From Podarcis filfolensis (lineage: Eukaryota), in the NCBI GenBank assembly GCA_964270895.1, contig OZ185440.1: DNA of 64,000 nucleotides. One strand, given 5' to 3'. The position numbers and the translations under genes were made by a program. Under the pieces are notes generated by a model. The model was given only the letters and a program-made list of their open reading frames with translations. It had not been told where the DNA came from and did no database searches. Positions 21,692 to 35,145 of this stretch are shown one piece after another (the first letter of the stretch is position 1; each line of letters begins with the position of its first letter).

Positions 21692-24600
21692 ATTGAAGGA
21701 AGGAATTTCCCTTCAGGTACAGCAAAGGGAGACCACGAATCCTGCTTTTCATCTCTTACTGGGCAACTAATCAAGGCCAAGCTGGCGATTGAAAGCAGGA
21801 GCAAAGCAGCAAGTGTCCTCAGTAGCTCGTACAGGGCATAAATAAATAACACTGCTAATGGGAGGGGAGGAAAAAATGGTTAAGAAGAAATGGAGTAAAT
21901 CAGGAATTGGCAAATGAACCTCCATACTTATCTGTTTCTTTTCTCACGAGAAAAATGCCGGCAGAAGGAAAGCAGGATATGAAAAATGAGAAGCATATGT
22001 ATCTAAGACAAAAGGGAGCAGGGGGTTTGTTGTGCACTAAGGGAATCTGGCAGCTTTTCTCACATTCTTTTCGCATGTCCAGAAATTGGTATCAAGTCGG
22101 TTATTTACCTGCCTTGTTACAGAGACCATACCTATGAACAATTTCACCTGTAAATGAAACCTGAAAAATAAGTTCCCCTTCACGTTATTTGCCTTTGGTT
22201 CACCATCTTTTCAGTGATGCTTCCAAAAATTAATTCACTATATTATGGGTTTTCTCCAATCAATTTGAGCCCACTTGAGCCTAATTTGGGCAAAGGGGTA
22301 TAAAACGTATAGCCCCAAATTGTATATTACTTTTTAAAAATACATAATTAGGGTGTGGGATTTTTGTTCTCATTTTGTTTTGCTGAAAGCTACCCATTAC
22401 CAATGGTCAATATGGCTGATAATTTTACTGGGCTATCAAAAAAGGTCACATTGTTCATTAACTCCATCTGGTAATTACCATCCCTTCTCGCCCATAAGAC
22501 ATATGTAGCATTGAAGGCACAAAACTACATTTCATAATCCAAAAGGTGGTAATGTGTACAAGTAGGAAAAGGTTAAGAAAATGTACCATATCTAAAAGAA
22601 AATGTAGTCTAGCTGAAGGCTTGGTCTCCCTGTCTGTATCTCACACATGCGCACACAACAGTGAGAAGCACAGGATGGAGATAGGGAGAGGAAGAAAGCA
22701 ATCCCTAAGACCCGTAGCACACAGACATCATAAATGAATTACTTTCACTTGCTTTCCAAATCAGTATCTGCTGTAATCTCCCTGCCCCCCACTCCCTCTT
22801 ATCAGGAATAACTGCATCAAACCCTGGAGGTTTACTTCTGAATAGACATGCATAGGATTGGGAATTCTAATCTGATGGTAATTGTAAAAAGTGAAGTAGC
22901 GTGGTCTTTATTCAAGATTATTTAATCCAGAAAACTTTTGTTTCTGGTTTCACCTCTTAGTGGCTCTCTGGCTTTGCCTACCACTGGTGTGTGTTTACAA
23001 AGGCCTTCTGTAGCCCTCAAAAGAAAAAACTGCCCACCCCAATACATATGTATCCTACAGAAATGCCCAAGGCATGCATGCATGCACATGATAATTATAG
23101 CACTGAATACAATTTCCATGCCATTTCCCAGTGACACTTTGAATGGTGATGCTATATGAGTTTACACTGCTAGAGAATTTAGAACTTGGCCATCCATCCT
23201 TTGGGTTGATTGCACCCCTGACATACTTCTATTGTAGAGAACTGTTTGGTGTCATTTTCTAACTACCTTCTATCACCCTTCCTGTTTGAGCACTCACGCT
23301 TTTTTTTTGTCTGTTGTTCCGCCCAGTTCTATATATCAGCTTGTCTAGCTGTCAAAAGCAATTTAGGAACCTGACCGCCATTGTGAAAAATGAACCTTTG
23401 TCAGATATCCATGCAGAAAACTGTAGCATTGCAGTAGCTGGTTACTGCACAGAAGCTGCTTGGGAAGGAAGACTGCTGGATGTTTAATTACATTCCACGG
23501 GAGATGAATGTTGTTGAAAATGCCCCAAACAAATCTCTGAAAAAGTGAAATCTCAGCTGAGAAATACAGGGACTGTGCTACACCAAAGAGAAGTGTTTGT
23601 GAACAAACCTAGGTGCCTTTTTCAACACCTATACAAGTTTCTGAAGCAAACGCGGGGGGACTGCGTCTACTTTTCTGTCCTAGATGCTGCTGCAATACCC
23701 TTGTGGTTCCAAGGCCCTTTCTTTTAAAAGGGTTGGTAATCAGGGTTTGGCAGCAAATTGTGTTATCCTTCTTGCATCAGTGTGAGAATAATTTGTAATC
23801 TAATCCCCAGCCTCTCTATGATTTAGGCCTTTGAGAAGAACTTCCCTGTGTAATTATAAAGAACAGTGGTATATTAGTGCCATGAATGAAATAAAATTAA
23901 AATAACTGGGGAATTGCCACAGGTTCTGCAAGATCTTTGCACTTGGTTTCTCTCAAATGTTGGAGAACCCAAGAACTAGCTTGTTTGTAGCTAGATAGCT
24001 AAGGACATCTCCACACTGAGCAGTGTCTACGAGCAAAAGACACAGGGATTGACAGGTGACTTCACTGGAAGAAAAAAGCTGTGCCAATTTAATTGCTTTA
24101 TGGATGGATCCAAATAATATACCCATTAATAACAATTCATTGGTAACCACCTTCAGGAATGATTCACCAAAAGCAGTCACTTGGCTTGCTGCTCTTTCCA
24201 GAGAGAATTAAAGAAGCTTCACTGAGTATGGTTGGAATGAATGCGGCAGAAGCAACAGCTATTAACACAGCACTTATGCCTATCAACACATGCTCACTGA
24301 TAGAGGACTTGGAAGTGCCATGTGACAACCTTTCCTCTCTGCCCAACATATAAGCATTCACAGCTAGGTTTGATTGTTTTGAGGTGAACCTGGGGTGGTT
24401 CATTTACTTTAACACTTAGCAGGATTATACAGAGGTGTAGGAGGTAGCTCACTCAGGGATACTTTGGTCAACTGTATGGGCTCTTCTTTGACGATATTGC
24501 CCCATGAAAACATTGTGTTTTTAACTTTTCAGATTGGCAGAAAATACTCACATTAATAATAGAAATGTTGATTTGCCAATTTGTTATTCTGGCAAAGGGC

Positions 24601-25038
24601 AGCACACAATACAGTTTTCACCCCTGCAGCATCTCCAAGGTTATTCAGGCTTCATGAAACCAGCTGTGCACTGCAGACCCCCCATGCAGTGCAGTACACA
24701 CAATTAATTAGTTTCATTATACAATTAATATGATTTCGTTCTAGAAAGTGACTGAAACTAAAGCCAGAAACAAATAGTGTTGAGTTTTAGAACAAGCCAT
24801 GCTTGTGTTTTGCTGAGCTTTTGGGGGTATATGGACAATGAAAAGCTGGTTGGCTCTGTTTTAGCCCAAATATTTATAGTGAAATATCAGTACTAAAAAT
24901 TGAACTAAAACAACTGGATTTTTTTCCTACTAATTGTGGTTTATTTTTTAAAAAGCAGTTCACCTTCTGTTTGTATTTCTGAATGTTTCTGCATTTCTGT
25001 ATGTTTCTACAAAAAATTTACTTTTAAAAACCCCTCTA

Positions 25039-25279
25039 CAGTGGTACCTCGGTTTACGAACTTAATCCATTCTGGAAGTCCGTTCTTAAACCGAAACCAT
25101 TCTTAAACCGAGGTACGCTTTCCCTAATGAGGCCTCCCACCGCCAGTGCCCTTCCACCATTCGTATTCTGTTCTCAGACCGAGGTAAAGTTCTCAAACCG
25201 GGACACTACTTCCGGTTTTGCGGAGTTTGTAAACTGAATTGTTCTTAAACCGGACTGTTCTTAAACTGAGGTACCACTG
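25039..25279. mobile_element. Tigger-like MITE, 241 bp
   Basis: TA|cagtggtacctcggttta ... taaactgaggtaccactg|TG; TIRs clear, right TA mutated. Confidence 0.85.
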
Positions 25280-28049
25280 TGTATATATAAAAAACTTCCT
25301 TACAGCTCTGAAATGAAGTCTTCCTTTTACCCACAATGCAATGAGCTGTAAGTCAAGGAAAAACTTTACACCTATTTCTGCAGAAAGTTTCAAACCACTC
25401 AAGCTCCCTGAGGTCTTCCCAACATGAAATAAAATTAAACTACTCATTCTATTCCCGCCAGACCTTTATTTCAAGCAAGGCTCCCTACATGATTTATTGC
25501 AGTTGAAGAAAAAGAAATTATATCAGGAATCTAACAGTGACAGAGAGAAGCCTTTCAGAATATCTGGCTGATGTCTAGAACAATTACCATACTCTGAAGG
25601 GCTACGTCCACTAAAGAGCCCAGGCTTAATCTGCATTCCCTGAAGGTCCAGGAAGAGGGTAAGGGGCAACTGATTTTCCTCAAGCCCTATTCATATTCTG
25701 CCAGTAATTTATGGTACTTAAAAAGTTTTTTGTTGTTAATTGTTAAACACAGTATCACTTTTAAGAAGCTGAAAAATAAGAAGAGAAGCTCTGATCAGGC
25801 ACCTTTAATAAACATGACACAAGTTAAAATTGACAGTTCAGATTCACTCAGTAATCCATCTTTCTTTAGCAATTTCATAAAACACTGACCCCTCCCTACT
25901 AATCCCTTATTTATTTTCTAAGGCTGGTATCTGACTAGGATACTCTGAGTAGACCTATTGGCTATGATAAATCCACTTATTTCAGTGGGTCTATTCAGAG
26001 AATGATTTAGTCCAATATCACTCTTAGTCTAATATTTCCCCCGTAGGCACTCCTGCAAGCAACTATCAGTTGGAGAAATTATAAAACTCTTTCATCTTGT
26101 TTCCTGATTAGTTGCTTTGAAGCTCACAAATTTTGAGCTGTAGTCTGACATTTCAGGTCCACTTGGACTCAGCATGGCAGGTTTCTGTTACACCAGCTAA
26201 GTATAACAGAAGGTACCTGCAATAGTATTCTAAAACACTGATAGGAAAACTAGCTTTCATTTTGTCAGTAGGTCACACCTATGTCAACCTTGCCTTTTCT
26301 TCTTCCAGGGCTGCAATTTCTTCCTGACGGTTTTTGGATGCTGAACCAAAGCTCATCCCTGACTTCAAATTCTACTTGCTTCAATGTGTTTGTCCCATGA
26401 AGTCTGTTTGGCTCTGTGTCATCCCATTTTATCAGCTCCCCCAGTAATCAGCTCCGGAAATAATTTGTTGTTTGCCTTCTCTGATGTTTCCCTCTTTTGT
26501 GCATATCGAAACGACAAAGCAATCAGACCCTCAAAGTCCAATTGAAAAATAATTGGAATCCAAAGTGGCACTAAATGTTATTTTCTAAATAAAACACATT
26601 CAATTACAGAACATGCAACTGTGGAACATTAAGAAAGATTAGTTAGCGTTTTAAAAAATGTATTAAATGTTCAAAGCCTTCATTATACGCAAAGGACAAC
26701 GAACTCTCATTGGGCCAGGCAGGAGATGAAGAGAATGCAAAACAATGCAAACTCCACGTCCTATAAGCAAAATGGAAAGCTCTTTCTATACTGCCTCTGT
26801 ATCTTGTCCACCACATGCATTTTTGATTGGTTACACATGGAGTTTATAAATCATAATCTTTTGCCCGTACATTACAGTCAGGTGTTACCAGTTTTATCTC
26901 CTTTATTTACTTTTAATTAGCCACAAACAATCGACTTTATTTTTTAAACATGGCAGCTTTGTATAGTAATACCGTAAAGGTGTTCCAGAAACGTATAGAA
27001 TTTACTGAACTGAAAAAGTGAAGGGGATATATTTAGAAATGGCTGTAATATTTAATAAACTGGAAACTCCCATTTGGATAAGATCCATCTGGCTTAAGTA
27101 CATGGTCTCTGGCACAATCTACTTCCAGCAGTGTTGGCTCCAGGTTTGAGGGCACAGTACCATTGGCCACCTCTATATACGTATGAGCACTGCCTGCCTT
27201 TCTGGGCAAAGGGGTGTGGGGAGCAGCAGTGGCAGAAGATTAGCCTTCCTACAACAGAGCACTGGGAAGTGGGTAAAAAGATTACTCTTTCATTAGTCCA
27301 TGCAGTGGTCGGTTTGCCTCTCAGCAGTACAAGCCTAATGGGAATTTTTTTGCTCCTTGCTCCACAGCACTGAAAGGTGCACGGGCCAGCTGCACCGACT
27401 GAACATTTTAATTACTCCCCAATGCCAGGGACAGTTGGGAGGATTGAAAGGGTGGCGTTTTCATTCACTGGAGATGCCGGCTGCCCACTTCTCCACAAAC
27501 GGCAAGCACCCGAGTTCCAGGTGCTTTGGAAGAAATGCACAGGAGCAAAAAGTATTAAGAGTATGATTTCTAGGATCTATTCTTGTTATTAAAATCATAC
27601 ATGCTATTAAGTTTATGCCAGGGTAGATTCAGACAACCATTCTGTTACTTGCTAACCCCACCTCCCTTTGTATTTTAAGGAACCACATAGATAATGCTGA
27701 AAACCATTTCTGCAAGGTGGTAGTAAAGGTGTGATATTAACCCCAAGGTTCCTAGGCCAATGGAGTGGACATGTCTTCTGCAAGACTCAGTTGCTGCAAT
27801 CGTGGAAACATTATATGATTGGCTTACTGAAGCAGAAAGCACAGCACATCACCTTATGTCCCACCATACAGATGCTACTACGTACAATAATTTCTCAGGC
27901 ACTTCCATATGGGCTCCTCCAATAGCTCTCCTAAAAATGAATTTGGTCAGTGTGGGTACTATTCTGTTCCATAATATCTAGCATAATATCTACCTATCTA
28001 TTCCACATACTGAATTGAAAAAGTCCTGGTTATTCCTTAAATGCTTGTT

Positions 28050-28170
28050 TTAATAAATGTAGCCATACTGTTTAACTTCTTTTATTTGCTTTTCATTGTA
28101 TTATTGTACTGGTATAAGCCACCCTGGGACCTTACTGTGAATGACAGGCAGGAAATCAAACAAACAAATA
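28050..28170 (+). mobile_element. L2-type 3' tail remnant
   Basis: T-rich run then tataagccaccctgggacctt...gacaggcaggaaatcaaacaaacaaata, like the tail at 16860-16932. Confidence 0.4.
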
Positions 28171-30928
28171 CGCTTCAAAAAATTACTGCTTTCAATTTTT
28201 TTTGTATTAGAATGTATGTTTATGGTTGTAAACCACCTGGGTTTAAAGGTGATATATTAATATTTTTATAAATAACTATTGTTATATTCCGTTAGTGTAT
28301 GATACTTAGCCCAGTTCATCACACAGTGGTTTTTTTTTTTAAAGAAATGGCATTCTAAAAATGGTATCCATGATATGTGACAAGGTAATAATAACGAGAA
28401 CAGGTTATTTAGTTGGTTGTCTATATCAACTGCCTAAATCTATTTTGGAATGGCAGAGAATGCAGTCATGGTGGGTGTTGAATGAACTGGGCAGGATGTC
28501 ATTCTGAAGGTGTGCCTGATCTAGAGATCAATATTCATAGTCAGACAAAGGTCAAGTTTAAATAGCCAGTGGATAAGACAAAGCATGGCAGAATGTGGGA
28601 AGCTAATTCACAAAACAGGAACATGATGTGTGCACCAGTGAGGAATTGTTCTTTGATTGCTTAGCATGGGCTAGAGCTGTCAGATTCCCACACCTCCTCA
28701 GCTGGTAGTTGAAGGAGGAAGTGCTGATTTGGCTTATCAGACACCACAGCTCCTTCAGCCACTGGGGGTACTTCACTGGCATAAGCAGAAAACACAGCAA
28801 TCATTATTCAAGTCCCCCTGCCTGTCTGATTTTTGACAGATTTCCTTCTAGGATTACAGATACCTGTTTTTTATTATTATTTAAGCCTCTAGTACTAGTT
28901 TCAACTCTTGTATTGCAGTCCTTAGAACTAATGAAACAACTAAAGACACAGAGTAACTCCAAATCCTCAGAATGTAGGAAGGTTATTTATTGCCTCTTAT
29001 TGCTGTGTCCTGCCTTTTTACAGCAATCAGACAGGATAATATGATGACCATCATTTAGAGCCTGGTGTTGCATCAGTAAGTAAGGATACAACTCACAATC
29101 ACAGGAACTCCAAAGCCACTCCAAATAGTGGCTAGAAATAGTGGCCTGGGGTTTCCCAACTCTATCAAAGCGGAAATCTCCAGAGAAAGGCACTGGTGCC
29201 TGTGTGTGGTCTGGATCTGAAAATGAGCCTTTGTGCTCACAACTGTTTATTGGGATTTATTCTAATAAGTCAAACAATGCAACAGATGCACACATAAACT
29301 TCAGCACACATAATGGACTCTGAACAAGAAAGAATCAAGATAATCCTGTTTCACACAATAGGAGCTGCCACGTCAGTACTTAGCAGCAAAGTGAGGGTCT
29401 AAGCAAACACAACTCTGGACGGGAGCCAATTCCACTCCATGGACAGTCCCAGCCAACAGAGAAAATGTAAAATTAAACACATAGATTTGGGAGACGGTGC
29501 TTCAATGATTTGCTTTAGGGGCCCATTCCTTCAATTTATACACAGAAAAAGGCTGACCAACAAAAAAAGGCAAGCACTGCAGAGCTTAATTGACTTATTT
29601 TGTTAGCCATTTTCACATCCTGCTTGGTATGTTGTGGATTTTTTAATTATTTTTTTTTTGCAGACAAACAAACTGTAATTTTCACAGAAGCATACATGAA
29701 AAAATTACTGCCCTGAGGCTCATATTCAAGAACAATGGCACCATCTCATCTACTCTAGCTAATACAATCATGTGTAGAGGCAAAACCATGAGAAAAGTGA
29801 GAACAGACTGCAAGTAACTGCGATGGATTCACCTCAACCTCTGTTATATAAGACTTAAGGGTGGGAAGCTGAATCCCTCTCTCCCAGGGTTTCATTATCT
29901 AGGAATGGTTTTCTATCTAGATTTACACATTCTTGCCTGGAGCCTACAGTTCTCAATCCTTATATCCTGAGACAGTAACAATAGAGAGCAAAAGGAGATG
30001 CTGCCTTTTTTTTCTGGAGACACCAATAATTCAAACGCGTTATGCCACTGCCATCAATGTGATTACACACAGACTGCACAATGAAATAAAGCCCGGCCTT
30101 CTATAGAATTACAGCTTGATTTCAGCTGACCCTCAGAGTTACAGGAAGCCACTCCATCTCAAAGCCAGGCCATTACAGAAGAGTGTAAAAACACAAATCA
30201 ACTTTGGGGAGGCTAAATGACATTTGCCATTCTCCTTGTGTTATACACAGTCTGAGCATAGTTGAGATGTATTGTTCGTACACGCAGCCTGCGCTTAATA
30301 GTCATTTCACACAAGATCAATTCCCCACTTGGAAGTCAGCTCCATGTAAGAAATTGCATGACTCACACATGGTAAGCATCTCAGGGCCAACCTAGAGACT
30401 ACTTTTATTGCGTGGTTAGCAACCATGACTGTGTTTATTTTTTTAAATAATCCTTCCTAGGTGTGGGACTGCTCATACTGATTGAGATTGCAGTGCATGG
30501 GGAGACTGGGGGAGACAGCAATTGATGCCAGTGGGCAACAGCTTCAGGACTCCCCTAGGAAAGGTATTCAATTCTGCTTACAGCCTGCAAACAACCCTTT
30601 GGACAGGGCCAAAGTCAAGGCCAAGCATGGGCATAATAGTATACTGATTCAATGGCAACAGCCAACCTATTCCGTAGCCCATAACTCCAGGCCCCCAAAA
30701 GGGTACTAATTATTCCAGTCAATGTTAATAGGACAGTGCACACAAGACTGAAAAGAGAACGGGATTAGGTGGAAGTTAATTGATCTGATACATACAGGAT
30801 TACGGGCAGATAAGGAGTCTGCACATTTCCTAATATTCATTGTGCATAAGGGCAGCTGTCCAATAGAATATATTTCCCATCATTCCAAGCATATCTGGAT
30901 GCTTGCTGCTTGAAACCTGAGACCTAGA

Positions 30929-31167
30929 GTGAACTGGCCGGATGCAGAGGAGCGGTGGGAGGTACCTGTTGGGGAACCCTCAAGGCAACCCCCAAGGGAA
31001 GAAGGCTCAGAGTCAGGGGATTGGAGGTGGGAAGTTCTACTGGGAAGAGTTACTGTGCTGACTAGGCCTGGTTCTGGACTGCATTGTTTCTTTGAATAAA
31101 GAGTTAACTTCACTGAAACCATGCGAGTTATTGCTGACCTGCTCCTGGCACCCTCCCCTGTCATACA
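30929..31167 (+). mobile_element. Internally deleted LTR-like repeat (probably Gypsy-type solo LTR)
   Basis: GA-rich 5' part (gaactggccggatgcagaggagcggtgggagg...ggggaaccc...agggaagaaggctcagag) resembles an LTR family I recall from lacertids; AATAAA at 31095-31100; ends ...tgtcataca. No clear TSD found. Confidence 0.5.
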
Positions 31168-31581
31168 GCTGCCAAGAGTCTTCCTTGCCTCCCTCCACAA
31201 ACCTCTAGGGGCTAGCAGGGCAAAACAAAGCATTTTTAAGGGAGCTTGGACTCCTTTATTTCCAAGTGGGCATTCATGTAGTATGTGCCTAGTTTTGTGT
31301 ATCCTATCTAAAATGAACCTAGGAATGGACCACAGAAATCCATTTGAAACTCACCCACTCCCAACTTCAACTCTGTCCAATTACTAAATGCTAGTATAAT
31401 CCAAAGGCAGCAACAGCGATTCTATGGTTGCTTCCTAAAACAACCACAGTAAATTTATTTATTTAAAATAGCTCTAAGCCACCATTCACTGCAAGTGATC
31501 TCAGGGCAGGGTACAAGGAACAATTTAAATACATTATCAATAGCATGAATAGTTAGAGCAGATAAAACTGATCGATAAAAT

Positions 31582-31936
31582 AGGTAAAGGTAAAGAGACC
31601 CCTGACCATTAGGTCCAGTCGTGACTGACTCTGGGGTTGCGGCGCTCATCTTGCTTTATTGGCCAAGGGAGCCGGTGTACAGCTTCCGGGTCATGTGGCC
31701 AGCATGACTAAGCCACTTCTGTCAAACCAGAGCAGCGCACGGAAACACCATTTACCTTCCCGCGGGAGCGGTACCTATTTATCTACTTGCACTTTGGCAT
31801 GCTTTCGAACTGCTAGGTTGGCTGGAGCAGGGACAGAACAACGGGAGCTCACCCCATTGCGGGGATTCAAACCACTGACCTTCTGATCGGCAAGCCCTAG
31901 GCTCTGTGGTTTAACCCACAGCGCCACCCGCGTCCC
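31582..31936 (+). mobile_element. Sauria SINE, full length (~355 bp)
   Basis: Complete from aggtaaaggtaaagagacccctgaccattaggtccagtcgtgactgactctgggg to ttaacccacagcgccacccgcgtccc. Confidence 0.95.
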
Positions 31937-32103
31937 AGAGCAATAAAATAAGTGCCTATAAAACAAGACAACTACATTTTGATGCCCGGTCTAAACATTA
32001 ACCTCCTGCAAATGCCAGAATGAACAAACCTGTTTCAGCTTGCCTTGCAGACTTCAGGGATGAGAATATCTCATAGGGCAGGTTTCCAAAAAAGTCCCAC
32101 ACC

Positions 32104-32270
32104 TAGGAATGTAAGAAACCGCCTTACACTGAGTTAGGTCTCTGGTCCATCTAGCTCAGTACTGCTTGCATTGACTGGCAGTGGCTTTCAGGAGTTTAAT
32201 ACAAAAGTCCTTCTCACCCAACTTGGAGATGTATCTGGGACCTTTGGCATACAAAATAAGGAGCTCCCCC
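32104..32270 (-). mobile_element. tRNA-derived SINE with CR1-like tail (Squam3-like), degraded
   Basis: taggaatgtaagaaaccgccttacactgagttaggtctctggtccatctagctcagtactgcttgcattgactggcagtggc matches the reverse complement of the Squam3-type body and tail as recalled. Confidence 0.65.
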
Positions 32271-34009
32271 ACGTAATGAACACCAATCCCATTCCAGTAA
32301 TGAAGGCATTTTGAGAAGTGCCCAGCCTGTCCAAGAAAGCTTATCCAGTATGAGAAAAGTGCCCTCTCAATAGTGTATCAATGATAGTGTTATCAGCACT
32401 ATCATCATCACACATTTTTCATTCATCGCTTTGTATTTGGGTAGGTTCTGAAATTACAGCCTGACCTTTTCCAAATCCTAAAAATAATCCCCTTTATTCC
32501 TTTTAAATTATAGCATCAGCATAGTTTCCAGAACTGTATCAGATCATATGTATTTATACTGAAAGAGCTGAGAAACCACACGCTTGTACTTGGCTTGATT
32601 TTCATTAAAAGGAAACATTTATACTGAATAAAGAAACAGAAGACCACAGAGCAAGAAAAATATAAACAGCTAAAAAGATTGGATTGGCGAACTCTGTCCA
32701 AAATATATTCACCCATACCTTTGATGGCAATGTTATCAGTAAGGCCTTATTATCACCTCTCAGAATGTACATAAACCAGCCCAATTTCAAAGTCTGTGTG
32801 ACTTAACATGAAATAATGTATTTTGACTTCCTCTTATGCCTGCCAATCTTCCACCCCCTCTTTTGTGACACACACCATTGCCTTGGTGTCAGTAACATAC
32901 ATAAGAAATAATATTTTCTTTCTGCTGAAGACCATGTAAAGCAGCCTTTATGCTCCAGCTCCCAGCTTACTCTGAAATGCTGGTAGTGACTCCTCCGCAG
33001 TTGAGTGCCCTGACAAATTCCCTTTTGGGCTGGCAATCCTCAGAGTTGGAAGATAACCATAATCTGATGCATAATCTCTTTCCTGCTGTCTTCTGGATGT
33101 ACAAAAATAGCCCAATTTTGTCCAACAAGGAGAGACGAGCAATCACGGCAGGAAGATTGGATTTTAGATGGTAGCCTTGCCCAATTGCATAACCTTTCAT
33201 GAGCACAGCAGAATCAAATTTGCTGGTACGAAATGGTTCATGCTGTGTGGGGGTTACTACTAAGTGAGGACAGCACTGCCAGATTTATCCTGAGAATGAA
33301 TGTGTTGCCAAGAATATAGATCATTGCATACATCTTTGCAAAATATGAGCTGTGCAAGACTATCTCTATATCTTGAGGAGGAGCTTTGATAAAGACATGA
33401 CATTGAAGTGATGGAGAGAGGGAGTGCTTTCTGAGCAATTCAGACAGCACAGCAGAAGGTTGAGGTAGGGAGAGGGATGGGTGGAAGAAGAGAGCAATGA
33501 AGGTTTCACCAGACAATATTTCATTTGAAAGTCTAACCTCATTATACCTGAAAAATGGGATAAACCCTCCCCCCCCCATTTCCAATCCTCTTGTTAGGAA
33601 TTCTGCTTAATAATTTAACCTCAGTTTCTTACTATTCCCCACTTTATTTACACTCTCCCATGTCCTACCAGGCCAACACAGGTATATAGCTCATAAAAAG
33701 GGACTTCGGCTTCATCCGAATCCCATTTTCCTGGAAGTAAACTCCACTGAACTCAACAGAACTTGCTTTTCAGTAGATACGACTGTACTCTTAGACATTA
33801 ACAACTATGTTCCATCAGCCTACATCCCAACATTCTTCTAATGTACTCTATGTGTGGCTTCTCTGAGTCCTCAACTGGAGGCTTCAGCTGATGCAAAATG
33901 CTGCAGCTAAACTGCTGGTGGGGCCAATCTTATTGCTAACACATCTTATTGCAGTTCTTATGGCAATGTGGACAAAGGCAATGGTTTCGAAAGAAATAAA
34001 TTACCGTAT

Positions 34010-34170
34010 ATTACCTGTTGGTAAAGCCCTATGGAACTCAATGAGACTTACTGAGTAGACTTGTATGGGATTGCAGTCTCTGGCTGCAATCCTAAACACA
34101 CCTACTGAGAAGTAAGTCCCAATTAATAAAACAGGGCTTACTTTTGACTAAATACCCACAGAATTGTGCT
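34010..34170. mobile_element. Two abutting copies of a short palindromic squamate MITE (gctgcaatcc...ggattgcagc type)
   Basis: ...aatgagacttactgagtagacttgtatgggattgcagt directly followed by ggctgcaatcctaaacacacctactgagaagtaagtccc...; related fragments near 22830, 25945, 33720, 47190, 49565, 53880. Confidence 0.55.
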
Positions 34171-35011
34171 TAGTTGTTTTTTCCCAGTGATTTGTGTGTC
34201 TTTTGCCAGTCTCATATCAGGCTGGAAGAAATCAGAATGTTCTACAATGTATTAAATTCTCATTGAAATCTCCAGGCAATGCTATAGATATCCATAGACA
34301 GGTTGCTAATCCTAAATGTATCACAGATAGAGGGAATTTATACAATTTCTAAACTGTCTTGCAATGATTACATATTCACTACTGCCTCACTCACCACCAG
34401 AAGAGCATTTTCCTTTCAAAGCAACAGTATTAGCATAGAACACTCCAACTGATGCTGTGTTTGTCTGAGCTAATAAATCTCTTAAATTGGGAGAAGGAAG
34501 ATTAGGAATTTGAATTTTATCCAAAAAGGCTTAAATCATCTGCTCAGTGAGAATTTTCTCAGAGGTTTGCCCCTGGGGACTGAAAGAGGATTTCCAGAAA
34601 CCCTTTCCATCTACAACATTCAGTCTGGGATTTACACAATGACAGCAAATGGTTCTCAAAATTACTTCTGTGTTGGACTTCTTCATATATAAATTGTGCG
34701 TGCATTTAAAAACAACAACAGCCAGCCATGGTTCCAATCAGAAAGCAATCGTAGCATGCTGCAAAGGTATCATAATCCATCATTTGTCATGCTAAACACA
34801 GAAACATTATGCCCAACTCTCTGAGCAGAGCTCCTGTTGTCTGTAGAAAATGCAGTATGCTAGAATGACATTGTTTGTTTTAGACAATGACTACTACTCT
34901 CTCAACATCTGGGCACATCCTCTGACAGTCCTTCCAACACATAACTTATAAGTCAAAATTCTAAAGCACGCCATAGATTAGTTATGTGTTCACAGCGAGG
35001 TATCACTTCAC

Positions 35012-35145
35012 TTTGTCAACGTGGGGCTCTCTAAATGTTGTTGGACTACAACTCCCACCAGCCCTACCCAGAATGGAATGCTGGTTGGGACTGATGGGAA
35101 TTGTAGTCCAACAACATATGCAGGGCACAGGACTGGTGACGGCTG
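35012..35145. mobile_element. ~135-bp hAT-like palindromic MITE (ggactacaactccca / tgggagttgtagtcc family)
   Basis: atgttgttggactacaactcccaccagcc...ggctggttgggactgatgggaattgtagtccaacaacat is a long inverted repeat. Confidence 0.75.

Noticed and set aside
26285-26310. Strong plus-strand acceptor-like tracts (also 8347-8367) suggesting antisense exons
   Set aside because: Pyrimidine tract plus AG is frequent by chance in 64 kb; no paired donor or transcript evidence.
28660-28720. CGNLT peptide resembling PLXNA2 FGNLTEV
   Set aside because: Flanking residues do not match and no splice sites frame it; it would also be out of exon order.
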